The translations under genes and the position numbers were made by a program. A stretch of 64,000 nt of DNA from Emiliania huxleyi CCMP1516 (taxonomy: Eukaryota): the NCBI RefSeq assembly GCF_000372725.1, contig NW_005201259.1, forward strand, positions 159,015 to 223,014. The letters run 5' to 3'. Shown here piece by piece: positions 1 through 11,356 of the stretch. Below the pieces are notes generated by a model. It worked only from the letters and a program-made list of their open reading frames with translations, was not told the DNA's origin and did no database searches. Within the stretch, counting starts at the first letter, position 1, and the number at the start of each line of letters is the position of its first letter.

Positions 1-60
1 TGCTCTGTGTGTGTCTTTACAAATTACTACGTCGTTCAACGTAGAAACTTGTTTCTGTAG

Positions 61-300
61 TGTAACCCACTCCTAACATTAATTCTTCGCGTGTACAGGC
101 TGACCCAGGCTGCTCTGCCCACCCACCCACCCACCCACCATTACGTTGAACCCATGCAGAGCTTTTATTTATCGTACAATGGAGAAGTTTACTTGAGCAC
201 TTGAGCACTGGATAGGGCCGATTCCGCGTGGTACGGGACCCCTCGATCGTCTCGCCCTCCCTCACTGGTGTGTTCATTGGGGGGGGTCATAACAAACACG
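61..300. repeat. Short (empty) copy of a dispersed repeat family also at 1351-3515 and 3805-3920
   Basis: 5' part gtaacccactcctaacatta resembles gtacccactcccaacatta at 1351; 3' part cttgagcacttgagcactggataggg.cgattccgc.tggtacgggacccctcgatcg recurs at ~3455 and ~3808. Confidence 0.75.
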
Positions 301-1451
301 GTACAGGATCGAGGTGCACGCTGCCGAAGCAGTGTCGTCCCCCCTCTCCCCAACGGCGATGGCGGTGTGACCGATCGAGCTACAAGAGGAGCTTGTTCAG
401 CAGGATCAGGACCGTCGGATGCACTACCTCACTGGGCCTGAGAACATCGCGCGACCAGCCCCTCACCACTCCGGGTTTGCGTGGAGTCGAACCACTCCGG
501 TATGGGCGAGCCCATTGATTTGAATCGAGTCCTTTCTCGCCTGCGGGAGGCAGTGGGGGGTATGTACTCTGCTCCTAGCGGGTTGGGGGAGGGCGCGGAG
601 AGCGGGGCGGGGGGAGGGGGTCAGGCAGGGTCTTATCCAAACGAGAGGTCAGGCATAGCAACTTGTAGACGTACTACACACACCCAAAGACCGAGTTCTC
701 CTCCGAGCCATCTTGTTAATTGTCAAAATTCCTGTTGTGCAAGAGGGGAGGGGGCTCTGACGGAGTGCGTGGCGGGAGAGGGCAGGGAGTGGGCGCGGGG
801 GAGGGGGGGGGGGGGGCTCAGCCGTGCAAAAAGCATCAATTAATAATAGTAAGGAAGACATGTTGCCCGGCCGTTCAAGAAGTCCGTCTCGATTTTCGTT
901 TTTTCCCCACAGACCACTCGGGCAACTTTTACGAAAGGCAAAGTTTTACTTGACCACTCGGGCAGATTCGATTGCATTTTACCACTCGGGCAAACTCGAT
1001 GAAACGGGCGGACGGAAACGCGTTTGCGACGGCTCGCCGGAGAGCATGCATGGAGCGGCCGGTGCGCCGCCGCAGCTCACCGATGGAGCCTGCGTCGCGG
1101 CTCAATCCACTGACGTAGCAGCACTGCGACACACTCTCCAAGCACGGCCTCTGGCGTTGCGATTGCACAGAGAGCGAGCAATAGGCGCCAAAAGCACAGA
1201 TCTGTGTGCAGTGGATTTCCATGTAGGTCGCGCCCAGCGAGCGGACAACCGCGGGTCTCGGATGCTCTCCCGGACGCGAGCCCATCGTGCGAGTGGCGGA
1301 CCCGGAGGCGGCCGGCCCAGCTCACCCCCAGAGAGGCCTTACTTCGTAAGGTACCCACTCCCAACATTATTCCGCGACCCCCAACCTAGCTGCCCGGGCC
1401 TCCCACCTCACAAAGATTTGGCAAGAGCCACAAAGATTTGGCCGTCCACAA

Positions 1452-2966
1452 ATGAGTGGCCAGGCCTCGTCCTCGACCGCAGCCGCGCCCGGCGCTCCAC
1501 ATCCACGGCCGCAAGGCAGGGCGCCGAAGGAGCACACGTGGGATGGAAGCTACGGGGAGAGCGGTGCCTGGCTGCACAACGTCACCGGGCTGCCCTGGGC
1601 CAAGGGCGGGCGATCAGCAGCCTCGATGGCTCAGCAGCGCGAGCGCAAGCGCGAGGACAAGCGCGACAGGAGCGGCAGGCCGGAGGCGTCCGGCGCGCAG
1701 AAGCGCAAGAAGGGCGCGGTGGAGGCGGAGCGGCGCGACAGGAACCGGCGGCTGAACGTCATCAACCAGTACCGCACAGCGGCTCGCAAGAAGAAGAAGA
1801 TCCCACTCGACTCGAGCCAGGTGGCGCGCACTAGGGAGGAGAAGCGGCTTCTGGGCGACAATTTCGTGCACGAGGGCCAACGCGTGCGCGTGATCGAGGG
1901 GCTGCACGCTGGCTGCTGCGGCGTCGTGCTCGAGCGAGCCGTGCTGTGGGAGTGCGGCAGGGCGGTCACGGCCGTCGTTGAGCCGGAGCATCACCATGAT
2001 GTGCTGCTGGACGAGGATGAAGATGAGGCCGGGCCGCGCCGCATTTCGCCTTACCAGGTGGAGCCGTGGCCTCGCGTCGGGCAGCAGGTCGGGCTTGATC
2101 TCAGCTTGATCTCAGCTTGATCTCAGCTTGATCTCGGCTGGACCCTGGCTGGATCTCGGATCTCGGCTGGATCTCTGCAGGTTTGCTGGCTGCCCGGCGA
2201 GCCCAACGCGATCGCCACGGTGACGTCTTTCCACGGCGGCGACGACAACGGCAGCGGCTACATCCTCTCTCGCCGCCTCTACGCCTCGCCGGCGACCGTC
2301 GAGGCGATGGCGGGTGGCGAGGTGCGTGGGACACGAGCAGCTTGAGTCATGAGCAGCTTGAGTCATAAGTCACGAGCTAAGAGTCACATAGCCGTGCAGG
2401 TGCGCGTCGGCTCGTGGGTGCGGCTGCTGCCGCCGCATCCAGAGTCATCGCCCGAGCTAGACGTCTCGACAGCCAGGCTGCCCGACGAGCCGTCGATCAA
2501 AGACGCGCAACGGATGCTTCACGAGCTCAACCTGCATGACGTCGCTGAGTTCAGCTCGGAGCAGCTGCACGAGCTCGTGACGTTCCCCTACTATCACCGA
2601 GTGCCCGGCTGGCACGCGCCGGCCATGTCTGCACAGCCCACACCGAGCACGCATCCGCATAGCTGGGTCTCAGCAAGCGCCGAGTTCCTGCCGTTGCGAG
2701 ATGTGTATGTCGTGCGCGGTGCATGCACGGCGTGCGGAGATTGCCTCGAGCTGGAGTGCGTGACCATGGCATCTCATGATACTCTAGAGCCGCTCGGTAG
2801 CGAAAGCGAGCGAGATCCGTGCTGCGCACATTGCAACCACGACCACATGTTCAAATGCGCGCACATGGGTCACGCCGGCGAGTGTGTGTATTCGTGCCCA
2901 GAGTGCGAAGTGTCCGGTTCGAGCGATGGCGAGTCGGGTGCCAGCGATGACGACAGCGGTGAGTAG
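1452..2966 (+). CDS. Three-exon hypothetical protein (~447 aa): basic N-terminus, KOW-like motif, C-terminal Cys/His cluster
   Basis: Exons 1452-2087, 2181-2321 and 2400-2966 join in frame via two GT-AG introns. EGQRVRVIEGLHAGCCGVV is KOW-like; CTAC, CAHC and CPEC pairs lie near the C-terminus. Confidence 0.65.
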
Positions 2967-2986
2967 GTGAGTCTACCCTAAAAGTA

Positions 2987-3422
2987 CAGTGGGTTGCGGG
3001 CATTAAGAAAACGTCGCATTAAGAAACCCTACCAAGAGATTTCCGCAAAAATCTAAGAAACCACGGCGCGCCGCAGGCGCGGCCCCGAGAAAAGGCCAGA
3101 CACGAGTCTCGAGTGTGAACGGGAGCCCCAGCTCAAAATTTCTCTTCGCCTGCGGCGCGCGCACTTGTCACTTTCCAAGTCTACGGTGTTCTGAGTGGAG
3201 TGGAGATGGAGGCGTGTGTGCGTCTTCCCGTCATCCAGAGAGCCGACTCGGCGGCAGACTCTGGCATCGCCCTCGCGGACCGCAGCTTACCTCTTACCTA
3301 AAATCCTTAGGAGGCCGGCCGGAGCTAAGAAACCACGGCGTGGGGTGGATGAGGGCTGTGGAAAGGCTTAGAAACGGCGGCGTGCCGCCGAATCCTGTTT
3401 TCTTAATGCCCGCAACCCACTG
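2987..3422. mobile_element. Tc1/mariner-type MITE (436 bp)
   Basis: Perfect ~26-bp TIR cagtgggttgcgggcattaagaaaac / gttttcttaatgcccgcaacccactg with TA on both sides. Confidence 0.9.
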
Positions 3423-3552
3423 TACTCCATTGTACCCATGCATGAGCCTTTATACTTGAGCACTTGAGCACTGGATAGGGTCGATTCCGCATGGTACGGG
3501 ACCCCTCGATCGGTCTCAACATTTATACCAAAAGGAGGGCTAACGTTCGCTT

Positions 3553-3765
3553 CTCAGCTCCCTGGCCCTGGATGTGAGGTTAATGACTGCACTCCAAGTG
3601 CTCCAAGTGCCTTTCTTGTGTGTTGTTGTAGGTTGTTAAATTTTAAACATCTCCATCGCTTCGTTCGGTGAATGAAGGGGGAAGGGGGTGAATGAACCGC
3701 GCCTCCTCGATCGCCGTGCAAAGCTCGCTTCCGAGCTCTCACGCCGCGCGTAGGGCCCTTAGGGG
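3553..3765. repeat. Dispersed repeat, second copy at ~14730-14930
   Basis: Shared ggccctggatgtgaggttaat.actgcactccaagtgctccaagtgc ... tcgatcgccgtgcaaagctcgct ... gccgcgcgtagggc. Confidence 0.85.
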
Positions 3766-5069
3766 CCTAGAGAACAACAACCCCCTCTCCCTTCTCTCTC
3801 TTGAGTCTTGAGCACATGAGCACTGGATAGGGTCGATTCCGCGTGGTACGGGTCCCCTCGATCGTCTCGCTCGCCCTCCCTCACTGGTGTGTCCATTGGG
3901 GGGGGTCATAACACACACTCACTCACTGGGCAAATCGGCCGATTTTCAACCCACTAAATCATCACGGCCCCGTAACACCCTCCGCGCGCGGTCAAAGGGT
4001 TCCCAGGGCCGGTCCATGACATGAACCGATAGACACAAGCAAAAAAAAACGCACCTCTAAGCTTCTCGGGCACCCCGAGGCCCATACGGCGCCCCGGCGG
4101 GCCCCGGCGGAGAGGTCCGGCGCGGCGCTCCAAATCCGCACTTCGCGAGCTTCTACGGGAGTTCACGCGGCCTTTCCGCCTCGTGAGGCACACCCCACAC
4201 CCACCACGAGTCCTGGGGCCGCGGGCGGACCTTTGGCCGCGGCGTCCGGAGCTTTGGTCGTCGAACATCGGCCGCCAACTAGGCCGTCGAGCGAACGTGT
4301 CCGGAGAGGCTCTCGGACGGGTCCGGCAGCGGTGCCATGGACCCAGAAGCTCGCCCCGGCGGAGCACTCACGGCTCGGCCCCCGCCCCTGGCCACCCAGA
4401 CGTGCCCTTGGACAGCCGTAGGGGCTCGCATGACCACGTTGGCGCCCGCGACGACGCCCTCCCCGACGACGTCGCATTTGGCGCGCACGTCCGCAGACTA
4501 GTACTTGTACTCGGGCGCGGCGGCGCGGATGATCACGTGGTTTGGGACTCTGAGCGATGGCAGAGGCCTTTATTTGCAAACGAGGACGCCCCGCGAGGCC
4601 CCGTCGGCCGGGAGTGGTGAGTGGGACCATAAACAAGCACTATATCCCCTACCGGGACCAGCCCACACACAGCCCAAACCGCTGCCAGACCGGCCCTGGT
4701 CACGCCGGCCGGGAGGCTGCCGGGGCGCCCAAACAGTCCCTCACGAACGCCACACGGGACACCACGGCCCGTCCGGCGGCCCGAGTGCCGCCCCACACCC
4801 GCCCGACGCCCTCGGCCAGCCAGCGCCCACTCTGAGAGGCTTCACCGCCGCCAGCGCGCCGAGCGCGCCGCCCTCTCCTCGCGCCACACGGGCCCTTGGC
4901 CGCACGCCCGAGAGGCGGCCCATAATTTGAGTCGAGACGCGCCGCCGGCCAGCCAGCAGCTCGCCCGCCACCCGCAGAGTGCCGCCGCCGCCCCCAGCCC
5001 GCACTGGAGAGGCTCTCCCGGCCGCTAGCCGCTGTCGCGTCGCCCGGCGGCTGCGCTGGCGACTGTGGG

Positions 5070-6062
5070 CTGAGCCCTGGCTGTCAGGCTGTCAGGTGCT
5101 GTCAGGTGATCTGTCGGGCTGTCGGGCACTGTCAGGCACTGTCAGGTGCCTCTGTCAGACCAGCTGTCAGGTGCTGTCAGTGCTGTCAGGTGCTGTCGGG
5201 TGCGTGTCTGACAGGCGAGGTGATCTGTAGCTGTCGGGTGCTGTCGGAGCTGTCGGGTGTTGCTGTCAGACGCTGTCGGAGCTGTCAGAGCTGTCAGGCT
5301 GCTGCTGCTGTCAGACGTTGGGCTGTTGCTGTCAGGTGCTGTCAGTTGGTGCTGTCGGGGTGCTGCCAGGCTCTGACACACATCAGCCACACTTATGACA
5401 CTATCAAGAGGGCGCTGACTATCAAGGGGGTGCTGACGCCGATGACGCCGGCGGCTACGCAGCTACCCCCCCCTCCTACACTGCGTGATCACGCCGGCGG
5501 CGGCGGCCGCCTGGGGAGCGCAGATGGCGGCGCAGAGGCACAGGCGGCGGCGGCGGCACAGACGGCGGCGGCCACCCCCACCCAGACGCCGTAGGCATAT
5601 GACTGTAGGGCCCCAGAAGGCTAGCTGGTAGCTTCATTTGTAGTAGCACAGCCGCCGGTGCTGGAGAGGGGTCCGCAGAGGTGGGGCGGGAGGGTTGAAA
5701 GAGAGACCCATGACCATCCCATGACTACATGGACCACACTCACATGTCTTTGCATGTAATTTTGTTATACCCTCATGGGGCGCAAGAAAGAGGCTCTACG
5801 GGGTCTGTGTACGGTCTGTGCTGCTGTCAGGCTGTCAGCGCTGCTGTCAGGCCACTGTGTGCTGTCGGGCTGTCAGGCAACTGTCAGGCTGTCACGTTAG
5901 GGCCTGACAGCGACGGGTCACCTCGCCTGTCAGGCTCTGCTGTCAGGCTGTCAGATATGTGCTGTCAGACTGTCAGAGAAAGTGCTGTCAGCGCTGTCAG
6001 GCTGTCGGGCACTGTCAGGCGCTGTCCGGGGTTTGCTGTCAGTCTGTCAGACCAGGGCTCAG
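5070..6062. mobile_element. Non-autonomous TIR element with CTGTCAG subterminal arrays
   Basis: TIR ctgagccctgg / ccagggctcag; 8-bp TSD actgtggg at 5062-5069 and 6063-6070; dozens of ctgtcag/ctgtcgg motifs at both ends. Confidence 0.9.
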
Positions 6063-6257
6063 ACTGTGGGGCCCGGCCTCCCCTCCTAGCCTTCTTTGGC
6101 CGCGGTCCCGTCGCCGTTTCGTTCTCTCTGCCCGATCCCGCTGACTCCGCCTCCGGCGACCCCGCTCCCGACCCCCTGGGCGAGGACGGTGGCATTGGGT
6201 CACACCCACTTCCATCCCCGGGAGGACGGGGGCCCGCTCTCCCTGGTTGTGCGAGCG

Positions 6258-8370
6258 CTGAGTAGGTAAGGAGAGTTGGAGTATTTCACAGTATTTCCAG
6301 TATCCCAGTATCTGAGGTGCTGTGGCGAAGTATTCCAGTATTTCAGACACGCAAAGCAAGTATTTTTATTGCAATACTGCATGCTACCTGCACACGGCCC
6401 TTGGCCAAGTATCCCAATATCCCGCAAGCGAGGGCCAAGTATCGGTGGCGCAAATACCTCTCTGCCGCGAGGGTGATACTGCAATACTGGGCCTGGGGCA
6501 TGCAGATATTGTGTTACTGAAGTAGTGTGGCCGTGGCAGTATCGCGCAGTATTTTCACCGAAATACTCGGAGCCGGCGCATCGGATACTGGGATACTGCA
6601 GGATACTGCGGGATACTGCTGGATACTGCTGGATACTGGCAATGTGTCAAAGTGTGCCCGTGCGTAAGCCATGGTCCAGCAGCCAGCTGCATCCCCATCC
6701 TTCTCACTGGTAATTGTCACCATGCAGCTGCACCCCTCCCTAGAGCATCCCTGGCTGATGTGGTCACCGGATCCTCGGAGACTGGGATACTACGGACCGG
6801 CTTGGGCTACAAATGTCGCAAGTGAGCAGTGGTGATGGCAGGCGTTGTGTGATTGTTCCAGAATGCATCGGCAGGAGTTGTGATGTGTGGAAGCTCACGA
6901 GTTCTCCGACTGCCGCTCGGTATAGTCGGTAAAGAGCTCGTATCCGCTGCCATTTCTGCCGCCGAGCTGAACAGCGGCGGTGAAGCACGGCCGGCTGTGT
7001 CAGGACCGCGCCCGGCGCTGGAGAGTGCTCGAGAGCATCCGACATCGTCGGCCGCAGCGGCATGGTCGGCCGAGGTGATTCAGTTTATGTGTAGGTCCGT
7101 CACCCGTTTGCCGTGATGCTCAGCGGCGGCGCCCACACCGGTGGGTTCACTCGAGACGGTCCGGCGCCAAGCAAAGAGTTGTGTCGGTTACCAGAGCCTG
7201 CTGTGTGGCGGTGTGCGGCCGATTGGGGTCGTGCGGGGCTGGTTGGGGTTGGCGGGAGGAGACATCGAAGGAACTTCGGCGACAGAAAACTTTTCGTCCG
7301 TTCTATCACTCACTTTCACGCGCCCTCCCTGGGTCACAGCACTTGCGAGAGGGCGCCGCGACGCCCGGCCGCCTGAGATGCAAAAGTTTGCACAGGCCAT
7401 TCAAGCGCTGCAGACGCTGGTGCTCCTGCGTGCCGGCGCCAAGCTTCAATTGCCAAGGCTGACGCTGCATCACAACGTTGATATCGCATGCAGTGCGCTT
7501 GTGGGAGCTGACGTGCCCAGCCAATCCAGCGCCCCTAGCCGAGATAGCTCTGGGACCCTTTTACGGCACAGCTGCTGTGTGATATACTATGATTCCTGTG
7601 CGTGCGCCGCAGGACGTGACCACCTTGCTGCGCTCAATGTTCGCGGCCGTGACGCCTCCCCGATGTGAGTCTTCCTCTCCACACAGCACCAGCACCAGTG
7701 CACTGCCACGACACTCTCCCTCAGTTCCAGCACTGGCGCCTCAGCCGTCTTCGCCCACCTCGTGCCGTTGCCGCCTTCCCACCCCGCCAGCCCTTGCACA
7801 CGCGTTTACACCATTGCGCCGGCAGGGCGCGGGCACACACTTTACGGCAGTCTTCGCTTGCCCACGCTGCTCACTTGGCTCAATCCCTCCCCACCTAGCT
7901 GCTGCCTCGCATCCCGCTGCTGGACGTACGACTGCGGCCGCAGCGCAGTGCATCGCTCGAGGGCCGACCCCGGATACTGGGATACTGCAGGATACTGCAG
8001 GATATTGCGGGATACTGCTGGATACTGGCCGTCTCTGATGCGGATACTGGGATACTCGGCGGGGCTGGAGGACCAAGTAGCGCCCAGTATTGCAGTATTA
8101 TTACTTGGCATTTAGCTCTGCGATATTGGGATACTTCGCCGGCGTGGATCGATTACTGTGATACTCACCGGGTGCGTCATCACGAGTATCGAAGTATCCG
8201 CGGTACCAGCTCGGAGTATTGAAGTATTATTACTGCGCCATATCTCACAGGGACATCTTTCACAGTATCCCAGTATTTGAGGCCTGCTGCGAAGTATCCC
8301 AGTATCTGGTCTGGCTCCGCGAAGTAGAAGTAAGAAAATACTCCAAGTCTCCTTAGATCTACCTACTGAA
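6258..8370. mobile_element. Degenerate TIR element with CAGTAT/GATACTG subterminal arrays
   Basis: Left end ctgagtaggtaaggagagttggagtattt is the imperfect inverse of aaatactccaagtctcctta...acctactgaa; many cagtat/gatactg motifs at 6280-6640 and 7970-8310; no intact TSD. Confidence 0.75.
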
Positions 8371-8667
8371 AAGGCCGTCGAGGCGGGAGGCGAGGCTCGC
8401 GACGAGGGCGAGAGCTAGTGCGAGAGTCACACACGACACACACGACACGACAGGAACACAGACACAGGCACAGGCACAGACACAGACAGCTACACACACA
8501 CTGCGCGAGGGTGGGCCACGCACACGGCGTGTATTAGCCTCCTCCGAAGCCGGCAGGGCCGAGAGCGTGAGGGATAGGGCAACTTGCTATACTCACCCGG
8601 ATATGTTGGCCTGCTAGGCGACGAGGCGGCTGCGGAGCGCAACCAAGAATAGCTCGTGCGTGTGTAT

Positions 8668-10565
8668 ATGCGGGCCGCTTCCGCTTCGCGCGCCGCTTCC
8701 CGCACCCTGCGCAGCTCTCTGCGTCCCTCCCTGAGAAGGTACTGCACAGAGACGGACGCCATATTGATGGCGGCGCCGCCGCGTATGCGCGTCGTCGACC
8801 TGCACCGGCCGGATGCGCTCAACGCGCTCAACTCCGAGATGGTCGCGACGCTGCTGCCGCTGTTTCAGGACTGGCAGCAGGTCGGCGGCGACGTCAAGCT
8901 CGTGGTGATGCGCGGCGCTGGCGACCGCGCCTTCTGCGCGGGCGGCGACATTCGCTTCCTGCACGAATGCGCGTCGGGCTACGCGGCCACCGGCGATCCC
9001 GCCGCGCTCTCGCCGGCGCACGAGTTCTTCCGCGCAGAGTATACTCTCAACAACGTCCTCGGGACCAGCCGCGTCCCAGTCGTCTCCATCCTTGGCGGCA
9101 TCGTGATGGGCGGCGGCGTCGGACTGTCCGTGCACGGGCAAGTGCGCATCGCGACCGATTCGACCAGTTGCGCCGCGGCCGCGCGCAAGAACTGCGGAAA
9201 CAAATCCCGACGCGCCTCCACCCACGTCTCCACCGCCCTCCCGCCCGCCCGCCCGGCGGTGCCCCTACACCCCCTCCACGCCCGTCAGTCTTCGCAATGC
9301 CCGAGACCGGCATCGGCTTCTTCCCCGACGTCGGCGGCAGCTACTTCCTGCCGCGGCTTCCCGCCCACCTGGGCTTCTTCCTAGGGCTCACAGGCACGGG
9401 GCTGGTGGTGGCTGGAAGCTCCTCCCGCTCCCCCGGCGACCCGGCCACCTCCAGCCGACAGGCACGCGGCTGCGCGGGCGCGACGTCCTGACGGCGGGCG
9501 TCGCCACCCACTTCGTGCCGTTGGCGCGCATCGAGGCGCTCGAGGCCCTCCTGCTCGAGATGGCGGCGAGCACCTCTGGCAAGGCGCGCGCGGTCGGCTG
9601 AGATGGGCCGAGAGTGGCGGGCCCTGCCCACGGCCGGGTCCGGAGCTCCGCGACCGTCCGTCTCGAGTCTCGCGCGCGGCAGTCAGGCGTACACGCTCGA
9701 GAGCAATCAGGACTTTGTCGACCCGGAGGTGCTTGCGCGCGCCATCGGCGCCCCAAGCACGAGGCCGAGCTGCGCGGAGCAGGACGTGTCCAGGCGACGT
9801 CCAGGACGCGCGCCGTAGGCGCCCTCGATGAGGTCGACCGCGGCAAGGCGGACGGGGCCCCCGCCGCCGCGCCGCCGCTGCTGACGCTCGAGTCCATGGG
9901 CGAGATCGATGCCGCGTTTGGGCTCCCCGACGTGGGACTGATTGTGGAGGCAAAGTGGGCCGCGGGTGCGTCCGTCCAGCCGGCAAGCGGCGGTCTCACC
10001 CGCGGCGCGTCTCATCCCAAAGGCGGTGGGCGCCGGTGCGGCGGCAGCGCGCGAGCGGGGCGACGACACGCATTGGTCGATCCGCGCGGTGCGTGTCGCT
10101 TGCGACGCCACTGCCTCCCTCCGCACACGCCGCCACCACTGGCCTCGCGTGCACTGCCTCGTCTGCGTCCATGCGCCCACTGCAGGCGTCGCCTCCGCTC
10201 GCGTGTTGAGCCGTGTGCGATTTTGCCGCGCAGGCGGCCGAGCTCGGTAAAGTCTCGCCCACGTCACTCGCGGCAGCGCATGCGATCTTTCCCGCTCGCG
10301 ACGGGACGTTGTTCGATGCCCTCTCGATGCCGTCTAGGTGACTCATGAGATGCTGCGGCGCGGCGCGGCGTGCAGCACGCTCGCCGAGTGTTTGCGCATG
10401 GAGTACCGGGTTGCGCAGCACTTTCTCAAACACGCCGATTTCGTCAGCGGCGTGGGAGCGGTCCTGAGCAAGGGCGCCGAGCCCGCCGCGTGGGGAAGCC
10501 CCCCTTCGGGCGACGAGCTAGCGAGCTGGTTTGCCGCCGCCGAGGGGGGCGAGCTGGAGCTCTGA
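8668..10565 (+). CDS. HIBCH: 3-hydroxyisobutyryl-CoA hydrolase, mitochondrial (crotonase family), multi-exon
   Basis: [99 protein letters not shown]; Arg/Ser-rich transit-like N-terminus. Internal exon borders only partly resolved. Confidence 0.93.
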
Positions 10566-11356
10566 GGAACAGCTCTCGCTCGCTGTCTCGCCGAGCGAGG
10601 CTCTCGCGTCGACATCCCCCCCCCCCCCCCCTCCCCCTGCCCCGGCCCCGCGCCAACGTGAGTCGTGAGGGGACAGCGACAAGCCGCAACGCGCAAGCGT
10701 CCTTCCCCGGCGCGCGCCACTCGTGGCGCTACTGGCTGGCTCGGTCGTCAAGAGTGGTCAGTGGACTCGCGCGCCGCGCCCCGCTCCACCCCAAAAGGTT
10801 GCAAGAATAAAAACGGACGTCCACGCTCCACCGATGGATATGGCCTCTGCTCTGTCGCGCGCCCCCGCCTATGCTCCGGGAGGCGGGAGCATAGTAGGCG
10901 CGCGTTTAAAAAGTAACCACACATGCCCCGCGCGTGCCCCCCCATGAACCCGTGTGTGGGGTTCGTCTCCTTTTTCCAGTCATCGCAAGCTCAACTTTTT
11001 TCTTTCCCTCAAGCCTCGGCCCTCGCACACACCCGTGTGTGACTCCCTCTCTCGTACCAATCCCGTACTCGACGCGGCGCGCCGCCGCCAACGTACCCTC
11101 CCCAGCACATGCTCAAGCAAACGCAGTAGGCCATAGCCGCCGTAGCGCGTATTCGCGGATATTCGCGCGCTCGGCGTGTGTTACTCGCCACATCGGGCCC
11201 CGACCCTCGTGATGCGCACGGGAGTCGATGCCCCCCCCTCCCCCTTCCCGGGCTTGTGGGGGCCCCGGGCGCCCGACCTTTTTGAGGACCCGATCAAATG
11301 GTTTGGGCCCTGGTTTTCCCCCCCCCCCCCCCCCCGCGCGCGCCTGAACGCGGCGC

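Noticed and set aside
2088..2180. (cttgatctcag)n repeat as an independent element
   Set aside because: Lies wholly within a predicted intron; treated as an intronic minisatellite.
4004..4698. hAT-like inverted ends cagggccggtc / gaccggccctg
   Set aside because: Only 11-12 bp in GC-rich DNA and no TSD.
5106..8115. ORFs rich in CQ/LS or ILGY/QYP repeats
   Set aside because: Translations of subterminal DNA motif arrays.
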